A stretch of DNA of 63,703 bases, filler included, from Candidatus Nezhaarchaeota archaeon WYZ-LMO8 (GCA_004347965.1; 3 parts of 3 records of this genome joined end to end with filler, not necessarily neighbours in it); one strand, 5' to 3'. Counted from the first letter of the whole stretch, positions 47,997 through 58,585 are shown. Numbers and translations: made by a program. The notes: a model not told the origin generated them from the sequence alone.

Positions 47997-48008
47997 GCGA
48001 TTACCATA

Positions 48009-50324
48009 ATGCTTAGCAAAAGTTTGGCTGAAGAGATAATTTACAGCATCGCTGATGGAATTAGAAGCTTTCAGAGGAGAATGATAGTCCTATGTAGTTC
48101 CGGAGATGATAAGGTTGAGGTAGCTGCTCAACTTGTTGACTTATATATTGAAAATATAAATAGAGCTCCCTCAATGCTCTACGTCATTGACTCATTTGAT
48201 GAGATGAGCCTTGGAGTTAGAGGTCTTAAGAAGTTTCGTGAATTTCTAAAGAGCAACATAGACTTTCAAACTATAACGTATCTCGATACCGAATCGGTAA
48301 TGGGCTTGACCTACGACATACTAATCTTGGATGTTGTGGAAGAAATGCGGCCTAACGATCTTGGAAGGCTTATCGAGACCGTTAGAGGAGGAGGCTTCAT
48401 AATATTATTAGCTCCACCTCTAAACCAGTGGGTAAAAAATGTTACTCGCTTTCAGAGGAAGCTATTAATTCCACCCTACACTACCGAGGACCTAAAGAGG
48501 TTCTTTACTCGAAGGTTCATCAACAAGCTTAAGGAACATAAAGGTATTTGGGTTATTGATTTAGAGTCAGGGTATGCTAACTACAATAAGCCTATTGAAG
48601 TTAGAATTGGTGAGAGCAAAATAGAGCTACCACCAGGTCCTCTATTCCCGAGAGAGTTGTACTTGATGTCTAAAACTAATGATCAAGTTAAGGCTCTCTT
48701 GTCAATGGAGGCTTTCCTCAAGGAGAAGAGGTACGTCTTAGTCATCACTTCCAATAGAGGGAGAGGTAAGAGCGCTATTTTAGGGTTAGGGTTAGCTGGT
48801 CTCCTCAATGCTGCTAAGAGGAAGTTTAATGTCGTAGTAACTGCTCCATCACTCTACAACGTTCAAGTACTCTTCGAGTTCTTGAAGAGAGGCCTTGAAA
48901 AGCTGAATATGAAGTTCAAGGAGGAAAGAAGTAAGGAGGGATTGACAAGGGAGGTTCATACTCAAAAGGGTAGGGTAATGTACAAAGAGCCATACGATGC
49001 TGCCTTCACAGATGCCAAGATGGTTATTGTTGATGAGGCTGCTGGTATACCTGTTCACTTACTATTGAAGATTAAAAGAAACTTTAAGAGAGCAATTTTC
49101 TCGTCGACGGTCCATGGTTATGAGGGGGCTGGTAGAGGGTTCAGTATTAGGTTCTTGTCAGCTCTTCGCAGAGAGAGTGGTAGAACACCTCTCCTTGAGA
49201 TGTCGTTGAAAGAGCCTATTAGATATGCTCCCGAAGATCCGATAGAAGCTTGGCTTTACGATGCGTTGCTTCTTGATGCTGAGCCCACAAAGATAGAGGA
49301 GGAGCCTGTTTTAATAATGTATGAGGAGGCTGATTTAGAGAAGTGGTTCATTGAGGAAGAGAGTAAGTTGAGGGAGTTCATAGGGATTTACGTTTTAGCT
49401 CACTATAGAAATAGGCCGGATGATGTTGCGTTAATAGGAGAAGCTCCACATCACTTTGCAAGGCTATTAAGGACTGACGATAATGCAATAGTAGTCGCTC
49501 TCCACCTAGCCAGAGAGGGGGGACTTAGTGATGAGGACATAGAGCAAATATTAGCTGGGTTTGAGCCTTCAGGAAACGTCGTCCCTTCACTTATCGTCAA
49601 ATACTATCCTCCCTACAGGTACTTTGCTAAGCTTACTGGTTGGAGAATAGTTAGGATAGCAGTGCATCCTCAGCTTACAGATAAGGGGTTAGGAAGTCTT
49701 GCTCTCCGAGATCTATGCGATGAAGCTAGAAAAGAGGAGGTAGATTGGGTTGGAGCAGGTTTTGGTGCTACAAGAGACCTATTAAACTTCTGGATAAAGA
49801 ATGAGTTCTTCCCAGTACATATAAGTCCAACGCGAAATCCTGCTTCAGGTGAGTATAGTGTCATTGTTATTAAGCCTATCAGTAAGAAGGCTCAGAAGTT
49901 AATGGAGATAGTAAACAACGAGTTTAAATTGAGGTTCCTTAATAGTCTTTACGATACTTATTTCGACCTCGAAACTGAAGTAGCAAGATTGCTCCTCCGT
50001 TCGCCTTACGGTAGAAGCGAAGTCAAGTTGAGCTTGTCTAAGACTCAGAGAGCGAGGTTGAAGGCTTACGTTAATAGCATGGTGACTTATGAGGCTGCTA
50101 ACGATGCCATAGGAAAACTTGTGAGGGCCCACTTCATGCTTAAAAGTAGTAGAAGGGTTCAGCTTGATTCTATGGAGGAGGAATTACTTGTAGCTAAGTG
50201 CCTTCAAGGCAAAAGCTGGAGCGAGTCTGCAAAAGCCTGTGGAATCGCTCAATCGAAAATTAAAAGTGCAGTTCGCGGAATCGTGGCAAGGCTTTGGGAG
50301 GGCTATAGAATTGAAGAAGCTTAA
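48009..50324 (+). CDS. tmcA: RNA cytidine N4-acetyltransferase TmcA/NAT10
   Basis: ETVRGGG, RGRGKSA, DEAAGIP, STVHGYEGAGRGF, AHYRN.PDD and RIVRIAVHP motifs. Confidence 0.95.
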   Translation: MLSKSLAEEIIYSIADGIRSFQRRMIVLCSSGDDKVEVAAQLVDLYIENINRAPSMLYVIDSFDEMSLGVRGLKKFREFLKSNIDFQTITYLDTESVMGLTYDILILDVVEEMRPNDLGRLIETVRGGGFIILLAPPLNQWVKNVTRFQRKLLIPPYTTEDLKRFFTRRFINKLKEHKGIWVIDLESGYANYNKPIEVRIGESKIELPPGPLFPRELYLMSKTNDQVKALLSMEAFLKEKRYVLVITSNRGRGKSAILGLGLAGLLNAAKRKFNVVVTAPSLYNVQVLFEFLKRGLEKLNMKFKEERSKEGLTREVHTQKGRVMYKEPYDAAFTDAKMVIVDEAAGIPVHLLLKIKRNFKRAIFSSTVHGYEGAGRGFSIRFLSALRRESGRTPLLEMSLKEPIRYAPEDPIEAWLYDALLLDAEPTKIEEEPVLIMYEEADLEKWFIEEESKLREFIGIYVLAHYRNRPDDVALIGEAPHHFARLLRTDDNAIVVALHLAREGGLSDEDIEQILAGFEPSGNVVPSLIVKYYPPYRYFAKLTGWRIVRIAVHPQLTDKGLGSLALRDLCDEARKEEVDWVGAGFGATRDLLNFWIKNEFFPVHISPTRNPASGEYSVIVIKPISKKAQKLMEIVNNEFKLRFLNSLYDTYFDLETEVARLLLRSPYGRSEVKLSLSKTQRARLKAYVNSMVTYEAANDAIGKLVRAHFMLKSSRRVQLDSMEEELLVAKCLQGKSWSESAKACGIAQSKIKSAVRGIVARLWEGYRIEEA

Positions 50325-50628
50325 CTTCTCTAAGGAGTACGGGAGGAAGATAGAGGAGGGATTAAAGAAGCAGACTATTAGGCTTAGTACAAGCCTGAAA
50401 GAAGGCGATAGAGTAAAAGTAATTGTTGGTGGGAAAATCTTAGGAGTTGCTAGAATTACTAAAATCGAGAGAAAGATTATTGAGGAGCTGACGGAAGAAG
50501 ACGCCAAGAATGATGGTTTTGAGAGCCTGGCTCAATTAATTAAGGCTCTTAAAAAGCACTACGGTAAGATAAATGGTAAGAATGAGATATGCATAATAGG
50601 ATTTGAAATGGAGAAGAAAGCTACATGA
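50311..50628 (+). CDS. ASCH-domain protein overlapping the tmcA stop
   Basis: GLKKQTIR (GxKxxTxR) and LTEEDAKNDGFES motifs; TTG start after GGAGGG. Confidence 0.88.
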   Translation: MKKLNFSKEYGRKIEEGLKKQTIRLSTSLKEGDRVKVIVGGKILGVARITKIERKIIEELTEEDAKNDGFESLAQLIKALKKHYGKINGKNEICIIGFEMEKKAT

Positions 50629-51004
50629 TCTCCTAATAGCATTTTATCGATGCCATGTAATCAGCAGAGAGCTTGTATCGTTGATAATTTTTCATCACAT
50701 ACTTATTCATCAGCTTTCTGCCATTTCCAAGGCTTAAATCATCAGTAGTGCATCGAGTCTTGAGGTGCATAGAGATCGTAAGCGTGATAGCTTAGGAGCA
50801 AAGATAGTTTTAGTGAGCTAGACAACATGTCTTAAATCGCCATTTACACTAAGTTCCTTAAGCAAAGACGTAGCTCTATATAGGATTTTCTCGCCTGGTC
50901 TAGGTAGTGTTAGTGTGTAAGCTTCTTAAACCCTTATCACTCCTCACATCAAACTTATTGCCCCTAGACTTAAAAGAAGAAGGAGAATTTTAAGCTCTCA
51001 AGAC

Positions 51005-51112
51005 TGGCGCCGGGGGCGGGATTTGAACCCGCGTGCCCCCAAGGGGCACCGGCTTTCTGGCCTCAACTATGAGATCTCGAGGCCGGCGCTTTGACCACTC
51101 AGCCACCCCGGC
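51005..51112 (-). tRNA. tRNA-Ser(CGA) with a 21-nt intron (51055-51075) and encoded CCA
   Basis: CCGGC-CTCG-AGA...CCAG-AAA-GCCGG; long variable arm. Confidence 0.92.
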
Positions 51113-51169
51113 TCGTTGAAGTTAATTCTATGAGGTAGCTTATATTTCTAAAGCTTAGGCGGTGAAAAG

Positions 51170-52540
51170 TTGAAGAAGCTCTTCAGTACCAGTGGCATTA
51201 GGGGGGTGTACCCTCATGAGGTATCCCCTACGCTTGCCTTTAAGCTAGGCTGTGTTTTGACGTACATTTTTGGTAAGGAGTGTACCGTTGGCATTGATGG
51301 TAGGCTTTCCTCACCGGTCTTGGAGTATGCATTGATATCAGGGCTCATGCACTCTGGTTGCAATGTAAGAAGGATAGGGTTAGCTCCTCTTCCCATTACG
51401 GCTTATTCTGTTAAGAAGGTAGGGGTCAAATTTGGCGTGATGATAACAGCGAGCCACAATCCTCCTGAGTACAATGGGTTCAAGGTGTTTCGTGAAGGTG
51501 GATTGGAGCTCATGCCCTCGGAGGAGGAGTTAGTGGAGGAAGCGATCTTAAGGGAAAGCACGGTTCCGCGTTCTTGGAGTGATGTTGGCTCCTGCATCAG
51601 CTATAGGGAGGTGATTAGTGAGTATATCAGTGACTTGTTAGACTTCTTGTTGGATGAAGACTCGAGGTGCTCGACTTCGGACCTCAAGGTTGTCGTGGAC
51701 TGTTGTAATGGTCCTGCAGCCCTCGTAACCCCTATGGTACTAGCCCAGCTTGGAGCTAGGGTTATAGCTGTAAATGCAAACATTGATGGTCACTTTCCAG
51801 GTAGAGAGCCTGAGCCTAGACCAGATGTTTTAGTAGACTTGGGGGGATTTGTTAGCAGTACAGGTGCTAGATTGGGAATAGCTCACGATGGTGATGCTGA
51901 TAGAGTAGCTATCATAGACTCTAACGGGAGCTTTGTTGTTAATGACAGGATAATAGCTTACATGGCTAAGAGGGCTTTAGAGCGCAGTGAAGGTAGGATT
52001 GTAGTAACTACCATAGACACATCGAGGTGTATTGATGAGGTCGTCGATAGGTTTGGCGGTGAAATCGTGAGGACTAAGCTTGGAAAGACTCATGTGGAGC
52101 TCAGCAAACGATCCGACATAGCTTTAGCAGCTGAACCTTGGAAAATAATTAACCCCAAGTGGGGTCCTTGGGCAGACGGTATATTGACGGCGGCCACGCT
52201 AGTTCATGATTTAATGGAGAGCAGAAAGAACTTGCAGGAGCTGCTAAAGGACATACCAAACTACCCTCAGATTAGGGAGAGTTATCCATGTAGTGATGAA
52301 GAGAAGGTTAAAGTAATGAAGAAAGTTGAGGAGGAGTTAGAGAGTGTAATAGGCAATGTCGATGAAGTTTGGAATTACGATGGCGTAAGAGTTAATTGTA
52401 AAGATGGCTCTTGGATTCTGATTAGAGCCTCTGGCACTGAGCCTAAAATAAGGATCTACGCTGAGGCTAAGAGCTTATCGAGACTTAATGAAATAGTCGA
52501 AAAGGGGAGGAAGCTAGTCTTTAGAGCTCTTAAGGCTTAA
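51170..52540 (+). CDS. Phosphohexomutase (GlmM/PMM-PGM family)
   Basis: FSTSGIRG, TASHNP, DGDADR and RASGTEP motifs. Confidence 0.93.
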   Translation: MKKLFSTSGIRGVYPHEVSPTLAFKLGCVLTYIFGKECTVGIDGRLSSPVLEYALISGLMHSGCNVRRIGLAPLPITAYSVKKVGVKFGVMITASHNPPEYNGFKVFREGGLELMPSEEELVEEAILRESTVPRSWSDVGSCISYREVISEYISDLLDFLLDEDSRCSTSDLKVVVDCCNGPAALVTPMVLAQLGARVIAVNANIDGHFPGREPEPRPDVLVDLGGFVSSTGARLGIAHDGDADRVAIIDSNGSFVVNDRIIAYMAKRALERSEGRIVVTTIDTSRCIDEVVDRFGGEIVRTKLGKTHVELSKRSDIALAAEPWKIINPKWGPWADGILTAATLVHDLMESRKNLQELLKDIPNYPQIRESYPCSDEEKVKVMKKVEEELESVIGNVDEVWNYDGVRVNCKDGSWILIRASGTEPKIRIYAEAKSLSRLNEIVEKGRKLVFRALKA

Positions 52541-53519
52541 TGACTAAGTCAGCTATGTCCACGCTTATTTCTCCAATAATCCTTAAGCTTGTTACTACCG
52601 AGCTAACGTTGAAAGCCATTGTTGGAGGAAGCTTCAATGCTTTTATGTTTAGTTCATCAGCCATGCCACGCATTCTACTGCTTAATCCTATGACTTGTAC
52701 TGAAAGATCGTAGTCAGACTTCATAAATGCGTTGAAGGCACTATTGTGCATTCTATCTACCAAGTTACTCAGTTCAATTATTTCCTGCTCTATACCCAGT
52801 TTCGTATTGCAAGGTAACAGCCTTATCGTGCTCTTGGCTATCGAAACTGCTTCGTCACCTATACTCTCAATAGATTTAGCTGCAAGTCTATAATCTAGAC
52901 ATTCATAAAGCTTTATTCCAGCTTTCTCAGCTAACCTAGGGTTTCTTATAATTGTTCGTAGCTGTCTCACTATTAAGAAGTATATTCTGTTTAAATCTTC
53001 ATCCCTCTTTACGACGCTTTGAGCTAACTCGACGTCGCGTTCAATCAAAGCCTTTATGGAGTCCTCCCGCATTTGTTGCGCTATAACGTTAGCCCTCTGA
53101 AATAGGCTTCTAAGAGGGACAGCTAGTGGCGATAAGAGACATTGGAGAGTGATTTCGTTGGCTCTCTCCTCTATTACCTCAACCCCTATTAGTGGGGCTA
53201 TAGCCTTCTTTATTCTCTCCTTTTGTTCTAGTGTTAATTTTAACTTCGAAGTTACTTTAATTATGTCATGGCCTATAAGGTATCTACCCAGCAAATCCCT
53301 TTCAAGAGTATCGCTGTACTCTATACTCGTCTCACTTAGCTTCTCACCTCCCTCAGCTTCAACACGTGCTTTTACAAGTAAAGCACCGTCGTCAAGTTCT
53401 TCGATGAAAACCTGGTCACCACTCTTAAGATTCATTCTTAGAGCCCAGTTCTTAGGAACGGCAAGAAGGAAGCTACCACTTTTAGTCTTTAAGACCTTTC
53501 TTAGGTGTGTTGTAGACAC
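52530..53519 (-). CDS. AbrB/SpoVT plus PhoU-domain regulator
   Basis: SGSFLLAVPKNWA N-terminus; PhoU repeats (RDEDLNRIY, IESIGDEA). Confidence 0.9.
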   Translation of the reverse strand: MSTTHLRKVLKTKSGSFLLAVPKNWALRMNLKSGDQVFIEELDDGALLVKARVEAEGGEKLSETSIEYSDTLERDLLGRYLIGHDIIKVTSKLKLTLEQKERIKKAIAPLIGVEVIEERANEITLQCLLSPLAVPLRSLFQRANVIAQQMREDSIKALIERDVELAQSVVKRDEDLNRIYFLIVRQLRTIIRNPRLAEKAGIKLYECLDYRLAAKSIESIGDEAVSIAKSTIRLLPCNTKLGIEQEIIELSNLVDRMHNSAFNAFMKSDYDLSVQVIGLSSRMRGMADELNIKALKLPPTMAFNVSSVVTSLRIIGEISVDIADLVIKP

Positions 53520-53615
53520 GTCCTAGTTCCCCCAACCAGCTTGCTTTGAAGTCCAAGTTTTAGTTTTAAGCTTTAAACTTAAGGTAGGCTTATTTTAATA
53601 TTAACTTACCTCGCT

Positions 53616-54191
53616 TCATAGCAGAAGGGCTCTTGAAACAGCTTTAGCTATCCTATTTGCTATTCTTACAGGCTCAGGAATCCTTCCTCTAATGGTTACT
53701 CTCCTGAGGATCTCGAAAGCCTTCTCAAATTCTATGCCAACAACCTCTAAGAATATGGGATTTTCTTTGGGATGCAACTTCGCTTCGTATATTGGGCTGA
53801 TGGAAGCCAACCTCTCAAAGACTTTGTAACGAATCTCCCAGTCTTCGAAGTGCTTCTTCAAAGCATTAAGGACAGCTTCATTATCAGGTCTTTCAGCTGT
53901 TACTACCACCACAGGTGTTTTAAGAGCTTCATGAACAACGACTGGGTCTATCACGTTAAAGCCTCCAAAGGTAACCCCGCCAAGTATTATCATGTCCAAC
54001 AAGCCTAAGTGCTCAGCAATGTCTAACAGCTTCTCAGTTGCATCTAAGCCATCAACATCTATTAGCCTTAAAGCTATCTCCTCTATTTTTAAGCCTTTAG
54101 TTAAAACACCGCATAAGATCGTTTTACCCTTCCTTTGAAACTTGTAGGAGCTAAAGGAGCCATCTTCTACTCCAAGCAACCTCATCTCCAT
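53616..54191 (-). CDS. DUF99-family (endonuclease V-like fold) protein
   Basis: LGVEDG, VDGLDAT, GVTFGGFNVID and IPEPVRIA motifs. Confidence 0.88.
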   Translation of the reverse strand: MEMRLLGVEDGSFSSYKFQRKGKTILCGVLTKGLKIEEIALRLIDVDGLDATEKLLDIAEHLGLLDMIILGGVTFGGFNVIDPVVVHEALKTPVVVVTAERPDNEAVLNALKKHFEDWEIRYKVFERLASISPIYEAKLHPKENPIFLEVVGIEFEKAFEILRRVTIRGRIPEPVRIANRIAKAVSRALLL

Positions 54192-54195
54192 CACG

Positions 54196-55416
54196 CTAAA
54201 TGCTGTCGGCAAGAATTAAGGTTGAAAGCCTTAGATCATTCTTTAAACCCTCTACGAGAGCTTTTTCACTTATAGCTAGGTTAACTATCTTGGTTCTACC
54301 ATACCTGCCTTTACTAACCACTTTAGCATTTACTATTCCGAGCATGTCGAGCTCATTTATTATATCGCTTACTCTACGCTGCGTAAGCTCATCTATCATG
54401 AGTTTCTTGCATAAGCTTCTATAGGTCTCATATATCTCTCCGGTAGTTGCCTCGCTCTTCCTTCTCCTTACAAGGTAAGCAGCTATGGTGATCAACTTCG
54501 TGTGTATGGGCATTGACCTTATAACTTCAACAGCCCTATCCTTCTCAATCTCTCTGTAAGCTTTTCTAGCATGATCTTCGAGAACCTTTGGTGAGCCCTC
54601 TCTTTCAGCTATCTCGCCGGCCACTCTAAGTAGGTCTAAAGCTCTCCTAGCATCTCCGTGTTCACGAGCAGCTAAAGTAGCGCAAAGAGGTATCACAGCT
54701 TCGTCTAAGACACCCTCGTAAAAGGCTTGCTTAGCTCTATCAGCTAATATGTCTGCCAGCTCTTCAGTCGTATAGGGCCTGAAGACAAGCTCCTCTTCAC
54801 CTAGCGTGCTCTTGACCCTAGGGTCTAGGTACTCAACAAATTTTAAGTCGTTTGTTATGCCTATTATCGAGACCTTAGCATTATGTAGGTCTGGGTTTAT
54901 TCTAGTGAGTTTGTAGAGTACATCGTCTCCACTAACCTTAACTAAGAAGTCGACCTCGTCTAAGACTACGAAGAGTAAATTCTTCTCTTTATCAAGAGCT
55001 CCAATAAACCTCCTAAAAAGCTCGGCTGTAGAGAGACCTGTAAATGGTACTCTCTCGTTTAAGTAATTGCATAGGTTGAATAGGACGCGATAGCTCGTAT
55101 TTTCATTACGGCAGTTTATGTAGGCAACCTTCAACTTTACGTCTTGAGAGTAGTTTCTCGCATATGTCTCTATCTTTCTAAGCACGTACTTCGTTACCGC
55201 GGTCTTCCCAGTTCCAGGAAGACCATATATGAAGACGTTTGACGGCCTAACTCCTCTAACTGCTGGAGCAAGTATTTCAGCAAGCTTGTTAATTTCTGCC
55301 TCCCTATGAGGGAGGTATTCAGGGACATAATCGGGTCTAAGCTTTTCTCTATTCTTAAAAATTCTAGCTGACAGCATCCTGTATATTATTTCATCGATGG
55401 ACAAGCCTGACACCAC
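54196..55416 (-). CDS. cdc6: Orc1/Cdc6 replication initiator
   Basis: LPHRE, GLPGTGKT, LDEVD and GDARRALDLL motifs; C-terminal wHTH with GRYGRT. Confidence 0.96.
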   Translation of the reverse strand: MVSGLSIDEIIYRMLSARIFKNREKLRPDYVPEYLPHREAEINKLAEILAPAVRGVRPSNVFIYGLPGTGKTAVTKYVLRKIETYARNYSQDVKLKVAYINCRNENTSYRVLFNLCNYLNERVPFTGLSTAELFRRFIGALDKEKNLLFVVLDEVDFLVKVSGDDVLYKLTRINPDLHNAKVSIIGITNDLKFVEYLDPRVKSTLGEEELVFRPYTTEELADILADRAKQAFYEGVLDEAVIPLCATLAAREHGDARRALDLLRVAGEIAEREGSPKVLEDHARKAYREIEKDRAVEVIRSMPIHTKLITIAAYLVRRRKSEATTGEIYETYRSLCKKLMIDELTQRRVSDIINELDMLGIVNAKVVSKGRYGRTKIVNLAISEKALVEGLKNDLRLSTLILADSI

Positions 55417-55564
55417 GACTTGAAAGCAGAAGCAAGACGAGTTAGTGCTAATATATCTCTCTCAGAGGCTTAATATCCCTTAGCTCGAAGAGGCTTTCTC
55501 ACAGAGTAACACTCTAAAGATATACCGTTGTCGTTATGTACGTTGGTTCTGTGTGAACTTTGTA

Positions 55565-56515
55565 TTATCCCCGCTTCTTCAGGCTCTTCTTGATCCGGCA
55601 TACGCTGCATACGTCCCCTCTAGAGGGCATGCCACACCTCGAACATGATTTCCAATTGATAGACCTCGAGGTTAAGCCGGATAGCAACGGTGATACCCTC
55701 TTAACGTGGCTTTTAAGGAAGGTATGCTTGAATGCTGGGTACATGAGTTCTATGGACTCTACAAGCTTTTTCCTCCTATTCAACTTAGATTCACGACCAA
55801 AAGAGCACTGAGTTAAAGTATATGGCAAGGACTTAATGTCAGCGTAAATTTTAAGTTCAAAATCTGTCAACTCGATGAGAGGTTTTATCCTGGGTATAGC
55901 TTTAGGGTGTATAAGCTTAGTGACAGGTTGAAACTTTAAGGCTTCTAGTAGATCACCTCTAATGTAGAAGTCCCAAAGTATTGCAACTGCGTCATCCAAG
56001 TTATGACCTGTAGCTATCTTAGTGACGCCATAAGCGAGACCGTAGTAGTTTAAGATGTAGCGTCTCATCAAGCCGCATAACGAGCATATTCTTCGACGCC
56101 TGCTAGTTAGTTCATCCAGCCTATAGCCCAGAAAGTCCTCTAAGCTCACAATGGTGAGCTCGACGTTTTCATATTTCACTAATTCCTCAGCTTTTTGTCG
56201 ACACACATCAGAGAAACCCTTAATCCCCAAGTCTATGTGCAAGCATATAACCTCGGTATCGGGCATGATCCTCCTGATTAGATGTAGTAGTGCTGCACTA
56301 TCCTTGCCGCCAGAAATAGCTACTAGAATCCTATCGTGCTTCTCTATCATGTGATACTCGTTAATGGTCCTCGCCACTTTACGCTCAACAAACTTAACAA
56401 AGCATTTTCCACATAAATTGAGCCTCGCGTAATTAAGTCTAATCTCTGCCTCCTCTACACGGCAATGTCTACAAATTCCTAAGCTCTTTGATGTCGTTCC
56501 CCCCTTCATAAGCAC
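55565..56515 (-). CDS. Second TtuA/NcsA-family RNA thiolation PP-loop ATPase
   Basis: SGGKDS, CSLCG and TGHNLDD motifs; terminal zinc fingers. Confidence 0.88.
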   Translation of the reverse strand: MLMKGGTTSKSLGICRHCRVEEAEIRLNYARLNLCGKCFVKFVERKVARTINEYHMIEKHDRILVAISGGKDSAALLHLIRRIMPDTEVICLHIDLGIKGFSDVCRQKAEELVKYENVELTIVSLEDFLGYRLDELTSRRRRICSLCGLMRRYILNYYGLAYGVTKIATGHNLDDAVAILWDFYIRGDLLEALKFQPVTKLIHPKAIPRIKPLIELTDFELKIYADIKSLPYTLTQCSFGRESKLNRRKKLVESIELMYPAFKHTFLKSHVKRVSPLLSGLTSRSINWKSCSRCGMPSRGDVCSVCRIKKSLKKRG

Positions 56516-57031
56516 AGTAATTATGGTTTATTCAAGACATTAAGTTTTCCCTTTACCTTGACGGTTCCTAGCTAGAGGAACAGCAGGGTTAAGTCGATGC
56601 TGCTAAGAAAGTGTGAGATAAACATTAAAAGCAGCCTTATTTAAGGCAATGTCAAGGCCGAGCAAGCTATCAACTATGAGAGTAGCAAGCTTAGAAAGTA
56701 GTTTACTGTCTAATTTTCGTACGTGATGATATCTGCGTTAAAGAACCAGCTTGCCACGAGTTGTAGGCTCTTATCATATTGGCTGATGAAGTGTCGTGGA
56801 AGACATAATCTAAGTGCGTCACCATGAATATCAGTAAGCTCTAAAGGCAAGACTATAAGCTACCACTATTTGGGGAAGCTTGCTAGAAAGAATAGGTTGA
56901 CAAGTGATGTTTAGCCATAATTTTAGATTCCGTTCCATGCACACTTCTCAATAAGAGACTTGAAGAAAGCAATTCTAGAGATCCATGAATTAAAGGAAGC
57001 TAAACGCTCTAATATTATGCTGAAGTCAGTA

Positions 57032-57130
57032 NNNNNNNNNNNNNNNNNNNNNNNNNNNNNNNNNNNNNNNNNNNNTTAATTAATTAANNNNNNNNNNNNN
57101 NNNNNNNNNNNNNNNNNNNNNNNNNNNNNN
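57032..57130. other. Artificial contig-junction linker
   Basis: N runs flanking TTAATTAATTAA. Confidence 0.97.
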
Positions 57131-57134
57131 NAAG

Positions 57135-57428
57135 ATGTTCTTCGCCAAACACTCTCCACTTGCGATCCAGTACGCCAAAAGAGCGGCGAGTACAATAGAC
57201 TTTGAAGTTAAGGTTGCTCCTCTACCCTTCGCTGGGAGTGATGCTGCAAACTTTTCAAGGAAGGGTTTACATGCGGTGAGCATTTTCGGTCTTTCAGCGA
57301 AGGATAACGCCCCCTACTACTGGCATACCATGGATGATACCCCAGAAAATCTGAGACCAGAGTCAATAGAGAAAGCAATTCTATTTACTAAGAACTTCGT
57401 CTACATAGTTGACTCATTACAACAGTAA
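57135..57428 (+). CDS. M28-family peptidase, C-terminal fragment truncated by the linker
   Basis: GSDAANF and YWHTMDDTPENL motifs. Confidence 0.8.
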   Translation: MFFAKHSPLAIQYAKRAASTIDFEVKVAPLPFAGSDAANFSRKGLHAVSIFGLSAKDNAPYYWHTMDDTPENLRPESIEKAILFTKNFVYIVDSLQQ

Positions 57429-57511
57429 GAAGATTAATCCTTTCTCCTCACAGAGGATGATGGCTTGCGAGGATGAATTAGGGAAAGAAGAAAGTTGTTT
57501 ATTCAACAGGA

Positions 57512-57805
57512 TTACTTACTTGCTTCACGAACTCTTTTCACGACTTCTTTCCAGAACATCTGAGCAACTATGTTCCTTGGCTCCATTACAACCCTTATCT
57601 TGCCATCGTTAGAAAGTATTTCTAAAGGCTTCTCCGACTTAACATCATAGCCTCCGTGCATCTTTAAGAGACCTACAAAGGCGTTCACGTCACCCTTAGT
57701 CTTCCTTACTTCCTCACATACATCCTTAGACGTAGCTTGAATTGTTACCTTGATCTTAGCACCCATCGCCTCAAATTCTTGTTCAACGCAGGTAATAAAC
57801 GACAT
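57512..57805 (-). CDS. Hypothetical protein
   Basis: ATG at 57805 after SD GGAGGT; clean 97-aa ORF. Confidence 0.75.
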   Translation of the reverse strand: MSFITCVEQEFEAMGAKIKVTIQATSKDVCEEVRKTKGDVNAFVGLLKMHGGYDVKSEKPLEILSNDGKIRVVMEPRNIVAQMFWKEVVKRVREASK

Positions 57806-58024
57806 AATGTAGACCTCCAAAACAAATTACGCACATTCCTCGCATTTTTAACATTTTTAGGCATACTTCAATACCATGCCACACTCACATGATCATAAAG
57901 TTCAATCTTTAAGCTCCTACTTCTTTTCACTTCAAGCAATCTTTGCTGCAGGAGGTCTCTTTAAAGTAATCGCTCCACTTTGCTAAGTTATCGTTTACTT
58001 TTCCTCATTGTTTATGGCTGCCCT

Positions 58025-58585
58025 CTAAAGCCCAAGAACATAGCTTTTCTCTTTTAAAGCTTCTAGAGATAGCTTGAGAAACTCTTCGAGAGGAACACCT
58101 ATCTGCTCACAAAACATTATCCTCTCTCTACTGACGTTTCTAGCAAAGTCTTTTTGCTTAAACTTTCTCTTAAGGGTTTCAACGCTAACCTCCGCTAACT
58201 TCTTGTTCGGCATTACTAAGGCTGTAGCTATTAATAGACCTGAGACCGCGTCGGCAGCGATGAGAGCTTTATCCAAATCGTTCTCGGGCATCACCCCAGT
58301 GTCATCGAAGTTGTGCGCCTTTATGGCATTGATGACCTCGGGCCTTACAGTACCTTTTAGTAATCTCTCGGCTTCAAGTCCATGCCTTTTTGGATCTTTC
58401 CTTGTCAACTCATAATCTATGTCGTGTAGTAGCCCCGTCAACTCCCAAAGTTCTTCATCTCTATTCAAGTGGCGCGCTAATGCCTTCATTATCGTGGCGA
58501 CAGCAATCATGTGAAGGACTATCTTATCGTTTGAAACGTTCTCCCTAACCTTCCTAAGAGCTTCTTCCATCTTCATCTCCAACAC
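58025..58585 (-). CDS. HD/HDIG-domain metal-dependent phosphohydrolase
   Basis: GLLHDIDYE, HG, AH, AADAVSG and KDFARNVSR motifs. Confidence 0.92.
   Translation of the reverse strand: MLEMKMEEALRKVRENVSNDKIVLHMIAVATIMKALARHLNRDEELWELTGLLHDIDYELTRKDPKRHGLEAERLLKGTVRPEVINAIKAHNFDDTGVMPENDLDKALIAADAVSGLLIATALVMPNKKLAEVSVETLKRKFKQKDFARNVSRERIMFCEQIGVPLEEFLKLSLEALKEKSYVLGL

Noticed and set aside
55417..57031. Replication origin near cdc6; ORB-like GCTAGAGGAACAGCAGGG at 56571-56588
   Set aside because: Only one weak match, with no repeated or inverted ORBs; the contig ends nearby.
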